From NCBI GenBank assembly GCA_010356995.1, contig ML996693.1, positions 682,001-746,000 of the forward strand: 64,000 nt of DNA. The letters are read 5' to 3'. This stretch comes from Trichodelitschia bisporula (Eukaryota). Under the pieces are notes generated by a model. It saw only the letters and a list, made by a program, of their open reading frames with translations. It did no database searches and had not been told where the DNA came from. This document shows, in pieces, positions 50,385 to 62,680 of the stretch. The stretch's first letter is position 1. Every line of letters begins with the position of its first letter. The position numbers and the translations under genes are program-made.

Positions 50385-51070
50385 TGTCGGGAGAAAGTCG
50401 AAGATCACAACGCTGAGGCGGGGAGGGGGTTGATGGACGAGGCTGGGAGTGGCATGTGGCGATGATGCGGAGCAATCCCAAGCCCGGCCCCGGAGATTGG
50501 GCTGGTATTGGAGATGTGGCGCTGTGGCGCGAGCTTCCTTCGATCTTATCCCCGGCGCTGCCGGGGATACCACGTACAACCAGAGCGCTTTGTTCCAACG
50601 TCAAGGAACATGTTTCCTTGAGGTATTTAATCGTTTTAAACCTTCACTGTACATGGGTCTCACTTTCGCCAGGCGCTCTGTATATTCCAGGTTCATCTCA
50701 AATGTTGGCCAACTTTGCCTCCATGTAGTCGCAACTCTTGCAGATGCGTTCCTCATCTGTAAAGCCTTTCCCAGCTGTCCGCGAAGCGCTGCTATGGCAT
50801 CTCTTGATGAGCATCCTAATGAATACTGAAATTGCCTTCTTCGCGACTCTGAACAGGGCAATCATAATTGTTATCATCCTACGCTAGGAGCCTTTGATTG
50901 CTTTGCTCTATCTTCACATTCGCCAACTTTAGGTGCCCGTACTCTCAATGCCACCATCCTCACTAACATCCTCACTGATTCGGACACGAATTCACATTCT
51001 CGTCACAATGCTATTGTTTAGGCTCACTTGCCTCTAGACGGACCTCACTGTTACTGGAAAACTCGTAGTA

Positions 51071-51150
51071 TATAAAGGCTTAACCTGGGATAATATCTCC
51101 CCTCTTCCTCACCATCTTTCTTCCTCACCATTCTCCATCTTCCTCACCAT
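51071..51150 (+). promoter_or_regulatory. TATA box and CT-rich leader with three copies of TCTTCCTCACCAT
   Basis: TATAAA at 51071-51076; 13-mer at 51103-51115, 51119-51131 and 51138-51150, just before the ATG at 51158. Confidence 0.65.
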
Positions 51151-51157
51151 CTCAGCT

Positions 51158-51910
51158 ATGGATGCCTCTTCCCACACCTCTGGATCCGACTCTATCGGCA
51201 TCCCTGAATCCGACTATGGCTGTCCGATCCAGTTTGTGCGCAACAGGATACATGTGGCTGCCTGTTATGATGCAACTCTCCTTTTACCCCCCCAGCTCCG
51301 CTCCCAAGTCATTATCGTTGGGTTTGTGGCCAGCATGCTCCACGGGTCTCCGATAGTGCCGTGGAATGTGGATGTTATCGTCACCATGGAAGCAAAGACA
51401 GCTTTTCATGCTGAGGTCATGAGGAGGCAGTCGTCAGAGGACGTACCGATGTTTGAACATCGTAGGCGAAATATTTACCGGTACCATCCTATGCCAGATA
51501 TGGCCAAGAGCACCGTGCTAAGAGTTTTCTCCTTGGACTCTGCCGAGTTCGAAGTGCTCATTGCTAGGACTGTGGAGGTTGTCGAGGACACCGGGCTCCG
51601 GGCGGCATGGTCGAGCGCCGACCCAACTCCCGCACTGCGAATCCCCTCTGTCCCGAATCTCATCATGCACGGTGCTGAAGAGATCCAGGAAGCCACCCAC
51701 GATCGTGAGTACCAGGGAGACATTCCCAAGCTGCTGGATAACTTGCGGTTCTTGATTCGCAAAGCCGCGAGATCCTTCCAGCTCCTCCCCGCTCTCGAAA
51801 AGGATGCTAGGGATGCTCTAGAGGTTGTAGCTGCGCACCTTTCTCTCGAAGAGACCCAGCTGCTCAGGGGCTTGCTCCCTGATGCGCTTGGTGGTATCTC
51901 CTGGAGGTAA
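51158..51910 (+). CDS. Hypothetical protein, possibly a degenerate nucleotidyltransferase-fold protein
   Basis: Intronless 250-aa ORF with a clear promoter. IIVGFVASMLHGSPIVPWNVDVIV resembles the hhGGxAxxhxGxxRxTxDhDhh signature. Confidence 0.65.
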   Translation: MDASSHTSGSDSIGIPESDYGCPIQFVRNRIHVAACYDATLLLPPQLRSQVIIVGFVASMLHGSPIVPWNVDVIVTMEAKTAFHAEVMRRQSSEDVPMFEHRRRNIYRYHPMPDMAKSTVLRVFSLDSAEFEVLIARTVEVVEDTGLRAAWSSADPTPALRIPSVPNLIMHGAEEIQEATHDREYQGDIPKLLDNLRFLIRKAARSFQLLPALEKDARDALEVVAAHLSLEETQLLRGLLPDALGGISWR

Positions 51911-52557
51911 GTTGTTAGCTATCCTTTATCCCGGATATCAAGTGAGAAGACTGAACCTAAAAATATACCAAGACCAAACAGTTCTGCTAATAAATTGTGT
52001 TTCCTGCACCAAGTTCATTTATATCCACTGCCTTTGCCAATGTGATATCGTTGAATGATAAGACAAATTCCTTAAGGGCATAGCAAACGACTCTCAGAGC
52101 GTCATATGTCCCTAAGGGTGGAGAGAGTCTAAGCAAAGACCACATACTCCACGTACATCCGTACTGCAAATCAATAAGATATTTGAACCGCAGCTCCGGA
52201 TACCCAAATAGGCAATACAGCAGATACACATTGTAGAGTAATAATAATCAATAGTATCTGTATGCGTTCGATGACGTAATCGGTGAGGCTTTCTGATCGG
52301 CGCTCTTAGACCCATGCAACTACCGTAACCGATGTGCGGAATTGTCCAACCCTAAAATCCGATCGCTTTTAGAGAACCCCGCTGTCGGAGCTAACTCAAC
52401 TACGAGGCTCAAGGGGAGTATAAGAGCACTTGCCATTCCCTCGAAGAAAGCTGGCAAAACAGACCGCAACAGTTCTAACGCATTAAAAACGGCATCGACA
52501 GCAGTAGCATCAAAGCGGCATCATATTCAAGCATATCAATATTCATCCTTTCCGAAC

Positions 52558-53642
52558 ATGCCTACCGTTTGTGGAAAGACAGTCGGGCCGATTGGATACG
52601 GCTTGATGGGTAAGCCATTACCATTTCTCAGAATAGTAGTATCTCACAGTCGTAGGATTGACATGGAGGAGTGAGCCACTACCCCAAGAAGTGGCCTTTC
52701 CGGCCATGCGTGCTGCCCTTATGAGCGGAGCAAACCTCTGGAACGGCGGCGAACTGTATGGCACACCCGACCGCAACTCGTTGCACCTCTTGAATGAATA
52801 CTTCACCAAGTACCCGGAGGATGCCGAGAAGGTTGTTTTGTCTATCAAAGGAGGCCTGAAGCCAGGTATTCTGATGCCTGACGGCAGCCCGGAGAACATC
52901 CAGCGCAGCATCGAGGAGTGCCTTACCGTTCTGGAAGGAAAGAAGTTTCTCGACCAGTTCGAATGCGCCCGCGTTGACCCGAACACACCCATTGAGATCA
53001 CTATTGCAGCCATTCAGAAGTATGTTGAAGCAGGGAAGATCGGCGGAATCTCCCTCTCGGAAGTCGGCGCGAACACGATTCGAAGGGCAGCGAAGGTGGC
53101 CAAGATTTCGGCTGTTGAAGTCGAACTGTCTCTCTGGGCGACAGACATTTTCGAAAATGGCATCGCCAAGGCCTGTGCTGAACTGGACATCCCAATCATC
53201 GCATATTCTCCCATTGGAAGGGGTTTCTTGGTAAGTTGAGCCAAGCACTGTTCTGCCCTCATCTAACGATGTATAGTCAGGTCAACTGAAATCGCCCGAA
53301 GACATTCCAGAGGGCGACTTTCGGAGATATATTCCTCGGTTCATGGGTGATGCCTTCTATCAGAACCTGAAACTTGTGGACGAGGTCAACACGGTTGCAA
53401 GCAAGAAGGGGGTTACCCCCGCTCAAATAGCGATCGCGTGGGTCAGGGCGCAGAGCGAGAGGAACGGCAACCCCGTTATCATCCCCATCCCCGGAGCTTC
53501 GTCGGAAAGCAGGGTTAAAGAGAATTCAGCTGACATCACTCTGACCGAGGAGGAGTTTGCCGAGATTGAGAGCATCCGGAAGAACTTCAAGCCTGTTGGT
53601 GAGAGGTACGGTGCGCACGGCGCTCACCTGATGAATGCCTAG
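52558..53642 (+). CDS. Aldo-keto reductase, pyridoxal reductase (Plr1/AKR8)-like, 3 exons
   Basis: MPTVCGKTVGPIGYGLMG/LTW; NLWNGGELYG; KVVLSIKGG; FECARVDP; GGISLSEV; AYSPIGRGFL; IPIPG. Confidence 0.9.
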
Positions 53643-54254
53643 CCGGGTATGCACTGCTGTAAATGCGGGTTTGATTCCTATAGAATCGCAAGCTTTTGTC
53701 AGCCAGATATTCAAGACAGGCTTTCATGTACCAGCTGCGCGAATAAAGAGAGGATCAGATCAAGTGTAGATTATGAAGTCGACCTTCGGTTTTCCGCAGA
53801 GCAGAAACCGTCCGCATTGCAGAACTCATTTGTTGTTCATCATGTAGAGTTGAGAATGGAATAGGAAAGACTTACCCGGCGTCACGTTGTGAGGTGTGAG
53901 TGTGGAATTCCATTGAATTTGATCTCGAGGGCCTCGTCCACTGCCAGTTGTGCTATTTTCATCCTAACATCATTATATGCTGGCGGTAGTTCAAATATCA
54001 AAGATCCCACCAGCATGCGCCAACGTGGGATATGATAGCGTACGGCAAAGAGTCATCACAGTTTAGAAAGACGTTGTGAGTAGAGGTGGGAAGTTTAGAA
54101 CTAGGATTGCCATCGCTGAAGAAAAGTTGAGGTGCTCGGGTCTGTGCTCCGATCACGGGACCGCGCGTCGTCCTTTGGGCCGTGGGCTCTCAGCCTTTCC
54201 TCTGCTGAGAAGCGGTACACTGCTGTAGCGCATTTGACCGCCTTCAGTATCAGC

Positions 54255-55347
54255 TTAAACCTGGGGGTAAACATCAGTCCTGCGAAGCAACGGCACCTCC
54301 CTCCTCACTTTTTCTACGAGTGAGGCATCGAAGTCGAAGAATGCTAGCTCCGGCTCGCCACCCCAGGTTCCGTCCAACTCGGCAAGAACTTCGCCCCAAG
54401 GGCTTATGGCCATGCTGTGACCGTAGCTCACTCTTTTATCATTGTGTTGGCCAACTTGCGCGGCGGCTACAACGTAAGTTTGCGTCTCAATGGCTCGGCT
54501 TCGGAGGAGTGGAGACCAATGCGCTTTGCCTGTGGGGACAGTAAACGCCGAAGGATATGTGATCAAGGAAGCTCCCTGTCGCCGCAATGATAAAGAGGCT
54601 TCAGGAAATCGCAAATCAAAGCATATAAGCAGGCCAACATTTCCTAGGGCGGTTGGGAAGGGAGGGAGTATGAACGATCCGGCCTCAACAGACCTACCAG
54701 AACGCACATGAGTGTCAGCTTCTCATCTTAATATGAAGACCGATTCCCAGCCAAGAGGTTCTACACAGTAGCCTAAGAGAACGTAACATACTCGCTCTCC
54801 TTCAGCCTTGGCCCGTCTTTGAGGTCAACATCAAACAGGTGAAGCTTCGAGTACTTTTGGGCGATGTTTCCCTGGTCGTCGATCCAGATAAGGGTATTCT
54901 TGAGCCTTGCTCCTCGCTCGGCTGGCTCGTGTATGCCGACATTGATGGCCATGCGTGCTTTGCGTGCTTGTGACTGCAGACCCAAAACGAACGGACTTGT
55001 TGAAACTGGTTGAGCCAGCGATAGACTCTCTGTGGCCGATGATGCAATATAGTCTGATGCCTCGGGAAGAAACAAGGCCTGCCGAACGAGATGTTGGCTC
55101 TCGCGTCTCAAGCTGAAACGCATTGCACCTACGGACTTTTGCACCTGCTGCTGAAGCCTTCTGCACAAGTGATATGCATTGTGCCAGATTGTGTGATAGG
55201 CTTGTTGTCGAGCATATCTGTCCAATTGCCTGCGGTGGATTTAGTCTGGAAACTGGAACGGCGGAGTGAAGGACTGATGAGCTTGATGGCTCAGATGAGG
55301 GGCACTTCTGTCGCATTGGAGGAGTTTAGACTCACTGCTTTCACCAT
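54255..55347 (-). CDS. NIT2: Carbon-nitrogen hydrolase, NIT1/Nit2 (deaminated glutathione amidase)-like, 4 exons
   Basis: 12-nt first coding exon MVKA (55347-55336), then AIGQICST; catalytic triad FLPEASDY (E), YSKLHLFDV (K), ICFDLRFPE (C); YPSAFTVPTGKAHW; RAIETQ; RRTDVY. Confidence 0.9.
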
Positions 55348-55773
55348 TGCGTCGTATGTTTTGAGCCCTGCTTCCTACTCTACTTGGCTATCGGAAGATA
55401 CGTAGAAAAGACGTTGATGAATGGAGAAACAGATGGTTCAAACGATGGATGTGACGGAGAGGCTCGGAGGAAGCGCCTCTCCTTCCCTTCGATCCATAGT
55501 CGGCAAGCCTACGCGTCACCTTCCGTAGGGCTTGTCTCCCTGCATTCGTCTTGGCAGGTGTGTCCCTCAGTGTCGCCTCCAACATAACCTCGACCCTCCA
55601 CGTCGTGCAGACCACGTCTTCTCATTCACTTGCGCAACATATCTCATTTCTTCCCCTATACCCATGCTGTACCGATAGACCCCCGCCATGAAACATCAAA
55701 AGCGAAGAAAAGCGACTCTTTGAACCGAGTCGAACCACATAAACATCTCTCGCATATCTTTGAACTTCGCGCC

Positions 55774-58457
55774 ATGAGCGGTACGCAGAAACCGAAACCC
55801 AGCTTAAGATGGGGCTCCATTCTTCAAGGCGCCGTGGCAGGCCTGGAATCGCGACTCGACAACATTCTAGCGGATGATGAGGCCAAAGCCGCGGAAGACA
55901 CTCCTCGGCATGCGAAGCTGGCCGCGACGAAGTCAGCCGGAAAGCCAGGGCAGGGTATAGTGTCCCTGCGGATCTTGTACTTTGCTGATCACGGCTAGCA
56001 GACTCCTCTCGAGCATCGTCGCGCACTAGAACCAACGACCGACTGCAAGATCGCCTCGCAAAGGCAGTAGTCAAGGGAGGGGAGAGCTCCAAAGCCAAAA
56101 GCAGAACATCGTCCGAGATACCCTCACGGGCCGAAAGCCCTGCGCTCGCGCCACGCACTAGTATGGACTCAAAAGGATCTGGTGCTGTCCCCGAGCAATC
56201 GGCTGCTCCGGGCGCACAGTCACTAGCCTCTGAAGAGACTTCTACGGAGGCGACTAATGTGGAGAGCGCTGAGGCTCTACCCTCTGAGGCACCGGCCTCA
56301 GATGCCTCTAAGCTATTGTCGGTGCGACCATCGTCGGAATTCGCCCGTCCTTCCTTCGACTCCGCCTTCCCTGACCCTGCGCACCTTGATACCTCCCAGT
56401 CCTTACATCGTAGTGCTTCATTTCTTGAACTGGAGCTGTCCCGTGCTACCGAGGCCCACGACGAAGCAGCCCGTAACTACCAAGAAGAACTTCATTCGCA
56501 TCTAGAGCGCATTGACGCTCTGCAGTCGAAGCTCGCTTACCTGGCAAGCTCGGCTTCTGCATCGGCTCGCACAGCTATGCAGGAGGCCTCACCCGGGACA
56601 TTGGAGAAGCGTTTGGCGGAGAAAGATGAAAAAATCGCGCAGCTCTTGGAAGAAGGGCAGAAACTGAGCAAGTCTGAGATGCTGCACCTGGCCACCATCA
56701 GGAAGCTGAAATCCCGAGCACAGGAGGTTGAGCAAAGTAACACGCAACTCAAAAACAAGTTGGATAAGGCGGAGCGGGACAGCCTGGAGCACAAGGAACG
56801 AGGGCGCGAGGCGGAAGCACGCGAGAACACCCTCCTGGACAAAATCAAGACTCTGACTAAAGCTGAGCATGAGGTTGAGAGTTTGCGAAGAGACAATGAT
56901 CTCGCTACGAAAGAAATTGCGCAACTCAGGCGGCAACTTGCGGACTCAGCGCGCAGGGCTGAAGATGCGGAGCACAAAGCGCAGGCGGAGAAAGCCGAGC
57001 AGCAGATGAGAATCATTGCTGAGCTCAATGATGAATTATCCAATGCCAGGATCGAGAAACGATTGGTCGAGGATAGAGCAAAGGCGGAAGTGAAGGAGAT
57101 TCGGGATGAAGCGGCACGTCAGCAAGAAAGGGTACGGCTTTCCGAAGTGCAGCTTCGAGGGGAAATACATGTATGTTTCCTTTTCCGCCAATGTTCGGCT
57201 GGTTACTGACTTCTTGATCGTACGCAGAATCTCGAAGCTAAGCTCGAGCTCCTACGCGTTCAAACCGAGGAGGTATCTTCAAGCTCGACGTCCGATTCTC
57301 AGGCTAAACTTCTGCGGCAAATCGAGACTCTCCAGACACAGTACGCTGTTGCAAGCGAGAACTGGCAAGGGATCGAGGGGATGCTGAACTCACGTTTGGC
57401 TGCTTTGGAAAAGGAACGTGACGAGATTGCTAAACGCGAGGCTGATGTCCGGAAGAAGGCTCGCGAAGTGAACTCCAAATATCGGCGCCTAGAAGAAGAG
57501 TTAGAAGTCGTCAATGATCAATGCCGGGAGCTAGAAGTAGAACTTCTTGAACAGAAAACGAACGCCACAAAGCTCCAGACAAGGCTCAGCTCTGCCGAGG
57601 CTGCATTCATGGATGCAAAGGCTGAACAAGACCGGATGCGCGAAGCGTTCGAGCACGATGCCCAGGCCAAGCTCGAGGAGGAGCGGACGAAGTGGCGGCA
57701 CGAGACTGCAAGCCCGACCTCGATCCCGCAAACTCCTACCGATGGACAGTTTCTGCGGGCCGAATCTCTTACAGCCTCGTTTCCACACCGCAAGACTTCA
57801 AGTACCAATATTTTGGGACTGCACTCACGGCGCAGTAATGTGGGAAACCCGGAAATTTCACCTCTCATGGACCACGTGCGTCCAGTAAGTCGTCGAACAT
57901 CTGGGCAAAATGTACACCATGTATTTGTAATGCGCACTCCCACGGAGATGAGCACCCCAGTCCGACAAGACTCTGGTTCCTCAATACCCCACACCAACGG
58001 GGGCACCCCCAGCTTCTCACTTGCACCGTCCATCGACATCGGCGATGATACCATTGACATGGAATCCGCCTCCAGTCCGCATCGCACAGTGAACGAGCTT
58101 GTATCTGTCAGTACCGCTGGAGCTGGCCCGAGCGTGCAGCTGGTTGAGCGCATGAGTGCTGCCGTCCGGCGTCTTGAAACCGAAAAGGCCGCCAGTCGAG
58201 AGGAAATGGCGAGGTTGATTGCGCAACGCGACGAGGCGCGGGAGGAGGTTGTGTCCCTGATGCGAGAACTTGAAGCCTTCAAGGATGACAAGGACAAGGT
58301 GGCAGAGCTCGAGACCCAGATTCAAGAGATGAACAAACGGTACGATGCTGCCCTCTTGCTGCTTGGTGAGAAAAGTGAGGAGTGCGAGGAGCTTCGCAAT
58401 GATGTGCAGGATTTGAAGAAGATCTATAGGGAGTTGGTCGAGTCCACTCTAAAATAG
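55774..58457 (+). CDS. SGM1: Golgin SGM1/TMF1 (TATA element modulatory factor), coiled coil, 3 exons
   Basis: WGSILQGAVAGLESRLDNIL; EKDEKIAQLLEEGQKLSK; ASENWQGIEG; SVQLVERMSAAVRRLE; LLGEKSEECEELRNDVQDLKKIYRELV. Confidence 0.9.
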
Positions 58458-58606
58458 TCTCTTGGTGTGCGGTTCTCATGTCGCCATCGGCTCCGGAGGG
58501 TTGTCGGCGTTTCAAGTGTACTTCACAGGTTCCGCTATTGATCTTTCTGGGCTGTACAAATATCATGGGTCGATTTGAGGCGTTTCACGTGGGCAGCATT
58601 GTTCAT

Positions 58607-59646
58607 CTACTCTAAAGCTATGCCTTCGGCCTGGGCATGTTGCCGGACGAAGTCTCGGACCTGTAGCAGTGTTAAGTGACTATACAACGACGAGTGGGTT
58701 GGGGAACACACCTTGCCATCCGGCGCCAATTGGATGGCGAGGTTTCCATCCCGATCTCTCTTGTCTGCTTCAGCGCCGGCTCTCAGGAGAAAAACGGCGG
58801 CGTCGGCGTGGCCCTCAGAGATGGCTACTAGGCTGTCAGTGCCGCCACATCCGAGTTGAGGAGGAGTTAACCGTGATGGAGAGCTGTCATGCCATCAACG
58901 TCCGTAGCATTGATGGGACTATGGTTATCAAGGAGTAGCCTGATCATGGGGACGGAGCCAACGGCAGCGGCACGGTGGAGCGGCAGTTGTTGGCGCCTAT
59001 CCTTGATGCGCGCAGAAGCCTTCTGGGCGACCAGCTTGCGAGCGACGTCGAGGTTGTTCTTGGACGCAGTGAAGTGGAGGGCAGTCTAGCTTAAGGTTAG
59101 ACTAATTTCCAGGTCTGCGATGGCATTACTTGGCCGTTGTTGTCTGGAGTTATTAGTCTGACAGAAAGCTTGGGAGAGGTGCGGTACTCGTCAGATTCAC
59201 GTCTGCCCCCTTCTGCAGCAAGAGATCTACTAGATCGTCTCCCTCTTTCCGGCTGCATGCCATCATGAGATATGTCCACCCCAGGCCATCCTGCGCGATG
59301 TTAGTATTTTTAAGGCAATTATACATGCGCGTGTATTGTACTTGAGCGTCAGGATCGAAGTTCTTGGACTGCATGAACTGCAACACAATTGGCAGGTGGT
59401 TGTATGATATGGCCCAGTGCAGCGGGAGGCGGTCATCTTCATCTCGCAGGTCGGCAAGCTGCGGGTGCGCCTGTATTTAGTGAGTAAGTGCCTAAGAAAT
59501 GGCAACGGATCTTGACATTCAAAAGCGACTCCACGACACTCGCTGTGAGCAGTCAGAGCTGAGAACACAGGCCACGACTGAGGCCTACATTTGCCCTCTC
59601 TCGCCGCTTCATGGATCGCATATTTGTTTTCTGTCAGGTTGGCCAT
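58607..59646 (-). CDS. NAS6: 26S proteasome assembly chaperone NAS6/gankyrin (ankyrin repeats), about 8 exons
   Basis: MANLTENKYAIHEAAREGK; DEDDRLPLHWA; DGLGWTYLMMA; GQTALHFTASKN; QLPLHRAAAVGS; DVDGMTALHH; ends QAEGIALE*. Includes a 14-nt microexon at 59143-59130. Confidence 0.9.
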
Positions 59647-59851
59647 CTCAAGCACTGCCGTGAGGGTCTTCTATCACGATGTAAAACTTGGAGGACGTTG
59701 ATGCTATTGAAATGGTACGGGTGGATGCCGCAAAGTGACCCCATGTTTAGGCACAGCGTCACGCGCTGTCTGTGCGGCAGCAACGGTTTCCCGAAACGGT
59801 TGAACGAGTCCACGGCAACCAGAAAACGTCAAGGTTCTCAGGAATACTTCG

Positions 59852-61399
59852 CTAATAGTCCAACTGGTGGTCAAAGTCCCATTCAAAATCGAAAAGATAC
59901 TGCAGCACATCGCAATCCGCCTTGAGTGTCCTTGTCGCTTTCATATTCAACAGCTCCGGCCAAGTCCAGGTCGGGAACAGAAGTTGTGACCCTTTCAAAG
60001 TCAACGGTCCGTCCAGATACCGCTCTTTCCAATCAGGCACCTCGTCCTTGTCAAATTCCTCTCCCCAAAGCTGGCCACAGCTGTATCCTATCACCACAGC
60101 GTACTTCTGTCGAACGATGCTGCTCGACATGGGAATCCTGCGCTCAAAGGTGAACGCCGCGCACCACCCATCTGCCCCTTCCAAGAATCGCAAACACCGC
60201 TCCTCGGAGTCCCACTCCGCATTTGCTTGACACTCCATCTCAAGGCTAGAAATGTTGGGGAAGGCGATACCATGTAGTCTGTCAACAGGATGATGCGGCG
60301 GGATGGTAATCTTTTGTCTGATGAAAATCACCCGAGTATCGCTGGTTGGACTGATATCACGATCGACTTCTTCAATGGTGTTCACCATGACCCGCGCAAA
60401 CTCTCTTCCCTTAGTCGTAATCTTTTTCAAGTATATCCCCATTGGCATGTCGTACTGATTATGACAGTTCAGGGTGGCAAGATAGAGGCCTTCCTCGTCG
60501 TCAACGCGCCTCAAGCGCAGCTTGATTCGCAACCCCTTGTTGGTGACAGAGAATTCGTCACCATAACTATGATTGTCCACTCTCTTGACACGAAAGCTCT
60601 CCCTGAATTCTTCGGGAGAGCGAGCGAGCAATCCCCGATAGCAACCCCTCGACGCTCCGGGGACAGTCCACGCAAAGATGGAGTGGTCGTCGCTGGATTT
60701 CATAATCTCTTCTTGCAGGCGGAGAAAAGCCTTTTCCGCCCCTTCGCCGTACAGCATCGGCATGTGGACATCGAAAATGCCAAGAAGACAGTAGGCGCGA
60801 TCTTCAGGTCGCTTTGTCTGCCTCCGTGACGCCCAGGACATACGTTCGGCAATGCTAGCGATGCTTGGATCTCTGCCGATGAGGATGCTGGGGCGAATGC
60901 CGGTGATTCGTGAAAGCGGTCTGCAGAGCGAATGCTTTGAGGATATTCGCGACCAATCGTTTGACAGAAATTCGAGCCTTCTCGGTGCGATGAGCTCCTG
61001 CAGCGTCCACCCTCGCGTGAACCACCGGCTGCGGCCCATCTCTGAAACGGGCGTGTCCGGAGAAATGTCGGCCAGATAAGCGTAGCACACTTTCGCGCCG
61101 CGGTACCAGCGATACATAGAGTTGATGGCCTCCGTGAGCTCGGAGCTGCTCGTTTTATCTATCGATATGGTGTCGACCCAGATGTACTTGTAGCCGTTCT
61201 CAAATGCCATGCGTGCGCACTTCTTTACTTTGCGAAAGCCGGCCTTGGCTCGGATCTTAATGTTGTAGGTTGAATGCAGCATTTCCTGATAGGACATTTC
61301 CTCTGCTTCCCATGTGTGCGAGAGAATCGCATACGGTGGTGCCTCTTCATCGTCAACGAACTCTTCAAATGTAAACTTCTCCACGTGTAAGAGTCGCAT
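59852..61399 (-). CDS. HET-domain (heterokaryon incompatibility, PF06985-type) protein, intronless, about 515 aa
   Basis: MRLLH...PPYAILSHTW...YIWVDTISIDKTSSSELTEAINSMYRWY...CYAYLAD...RWFTRGWTLQELIAP...SIAERMSWASRRQTKRPEDRAYCLLGIFDVHMPMLYGEG...AFLRLQEEI...DDHSIFAW. Confidence 0.93.
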   Translation of the reverse strand: MRLLHVEKFTFEEFVDDEEAPPYAILSHTWEAEEMSYQEMLHSTYNIKIRAKAGFRKVKKCARMAFENGYKYIWVDTISIDKTSSSELTEAINSMYRWYRGAKVCYAYLADISPDTPVSEMGRSRWFTRGWTLQELIAPRRLEFLSNDWSRISSKHSLCRPLSRITGIRPSILIGRDPSIASIAERMSWASRRQTKRPEDRAYCLLGIFDVHMPMLYGEGAEKAFLRLQEEIMKSSDDHSIFAWTVPGASRGCYRGLLARSPEEFRESFRVKRVDNHSYGDEFSVTNKGLRIKLRLRRVDDEEGLYLATLNCHNQYDMPMGIYLKKITTKGREFARVMVNTIEEVDRDISPTSDTRVIFIRQKITIPPHHPVDRLHGIAFPNISSLEMECQANAEWDSEERCLRFLEGADGWCAAFTFERRIPMSSSIVRQKYAVVIGYSCGQLWGEEFDKDEVPDWKERYLDGPLTLKGSQLLFPTWTWPELLNMKATRTLKADCDVLQYLFDFEWDFDHQLDY

Positions 61400-62680
61400 T
61401 TGGGGCAATTTCAAGAAGAAGTATTTGGGATGAATATCAAGAGTTTGTGATGAGTCGCGACGGACAGAGATTTGTGAGATGCAGGGCCAGATGTCAGCCG
61501 CACGAACCTCACAGGTCATGTTCGTCAGGCATCAAGGCACTCATATCTGTTGCACAGCCCCTTTTGGCCCCCATCTTCGACTATGGCAATACAAGCGGCT
61601 TCATCGCCGAATTCTCGACGCAGAGACTCAGCACGAAGTCAATTTATTTACAATAGAGGAAGTGAAATTTCGATTGACATATTGCCAACAATCTGCACAC
61701 TTCCCACACCACACTCCCCAAGTTTATCATCCTCGACGTCTGTCCGGATTGGCACACTGTTAACCCTCGCCCTGCGGCTTCAGCCTTTCCAATTCACCGT
61801 ATAACCTTAAATGTTCACCTATCTGCCGATGCAAAATTAGCTACATCTTGCCTCATGACTGACTCCTGTCGCCTTTTTGTAGGCCCCAACCATTGCGATC
61901 TTGATTGCCTTTCGCATCTTCTCGAGATCTAAGGTCGACCCCTGGACGTCATACGCTTACGGTGGCAGTCACTTATCAACAGTCACAGCTCTTCTTAAGC
62001 TGCTCTTCTCTTCTTCTTCTTCCTGATGTTGGCCATCAAGACAGTCCGCGCCCTGTCAACTTCGGCCATCTGATTCCCACCCCTTTGCCCTAGAGTGACA
62101 TTTGAAGTGGTCGAAACAGACGCAGATGTATGATGAATACAATGGAAATACGGCAGAGTCGAGTAGGTTGGTTCTACAAATAGTCTTTGAATAATCAAAG
62201 GCAGCAAAATGAGCTCAGCGGTCATTGCGTGAATCTGTTTCTGTCTATCGGGAGGTGCTGAGATCCATAGTCTTCGATAGAACCTATGCCTGACACACAG
62301 GGTGGGCATGAGTCCAAGAAAACAGGTTAATTAGCTAAGGGGAAGAGGAACAGGCGACAACGGCCAGGCTATTGGAGAATCCAGAGTTGAGAGCTGTGTC
62401 TGGAGTGGATGGGAAGTCTAGGAAGGTGTGACGTTTGCCAAGCTTAGGGGAAATGTCACCCCTCGGCGTGGGTTAGGTGGTCGTGGTAAATCAGGAGACC
62501 CTTGCATCCACAGCAGCCCCACCCTTTGCGCAACGACCAACATCACCAGTAGAGAACAACATCGCTCCCAAAACACATTAGTGGCTGGTCTTATCTACAA
62601 AAGAAGGACTTGACATCATCCAAAAGCAGACCTGTAACTCCCAATCCATCCTCACAGACCGTTAACCAAGTTCTCACTGA

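Noticed and set aside
52558..55347. AKR plus nitrilase as a metabolic gene cluster
   Set aside because: Both look like ordinary salvage/repair enzymes; no backbone enzyme, transporter or transcription factor nearby.
51158..61399. NTase-like orphan plus TIR-related HET gene as a CBASS-like immune module
   Set aside because: They are 8 kb apart, separated by four housekeeping genes, and the NTase motif is degenerate; there is no evidence of linkage.
58607..61399. HET-ankyrin fusion (NLR-like) gene
   Set aside because: HET ends with its own stop at 59852, and the ankyrin gene is a complete NAS6 orthologue with its own ATG.
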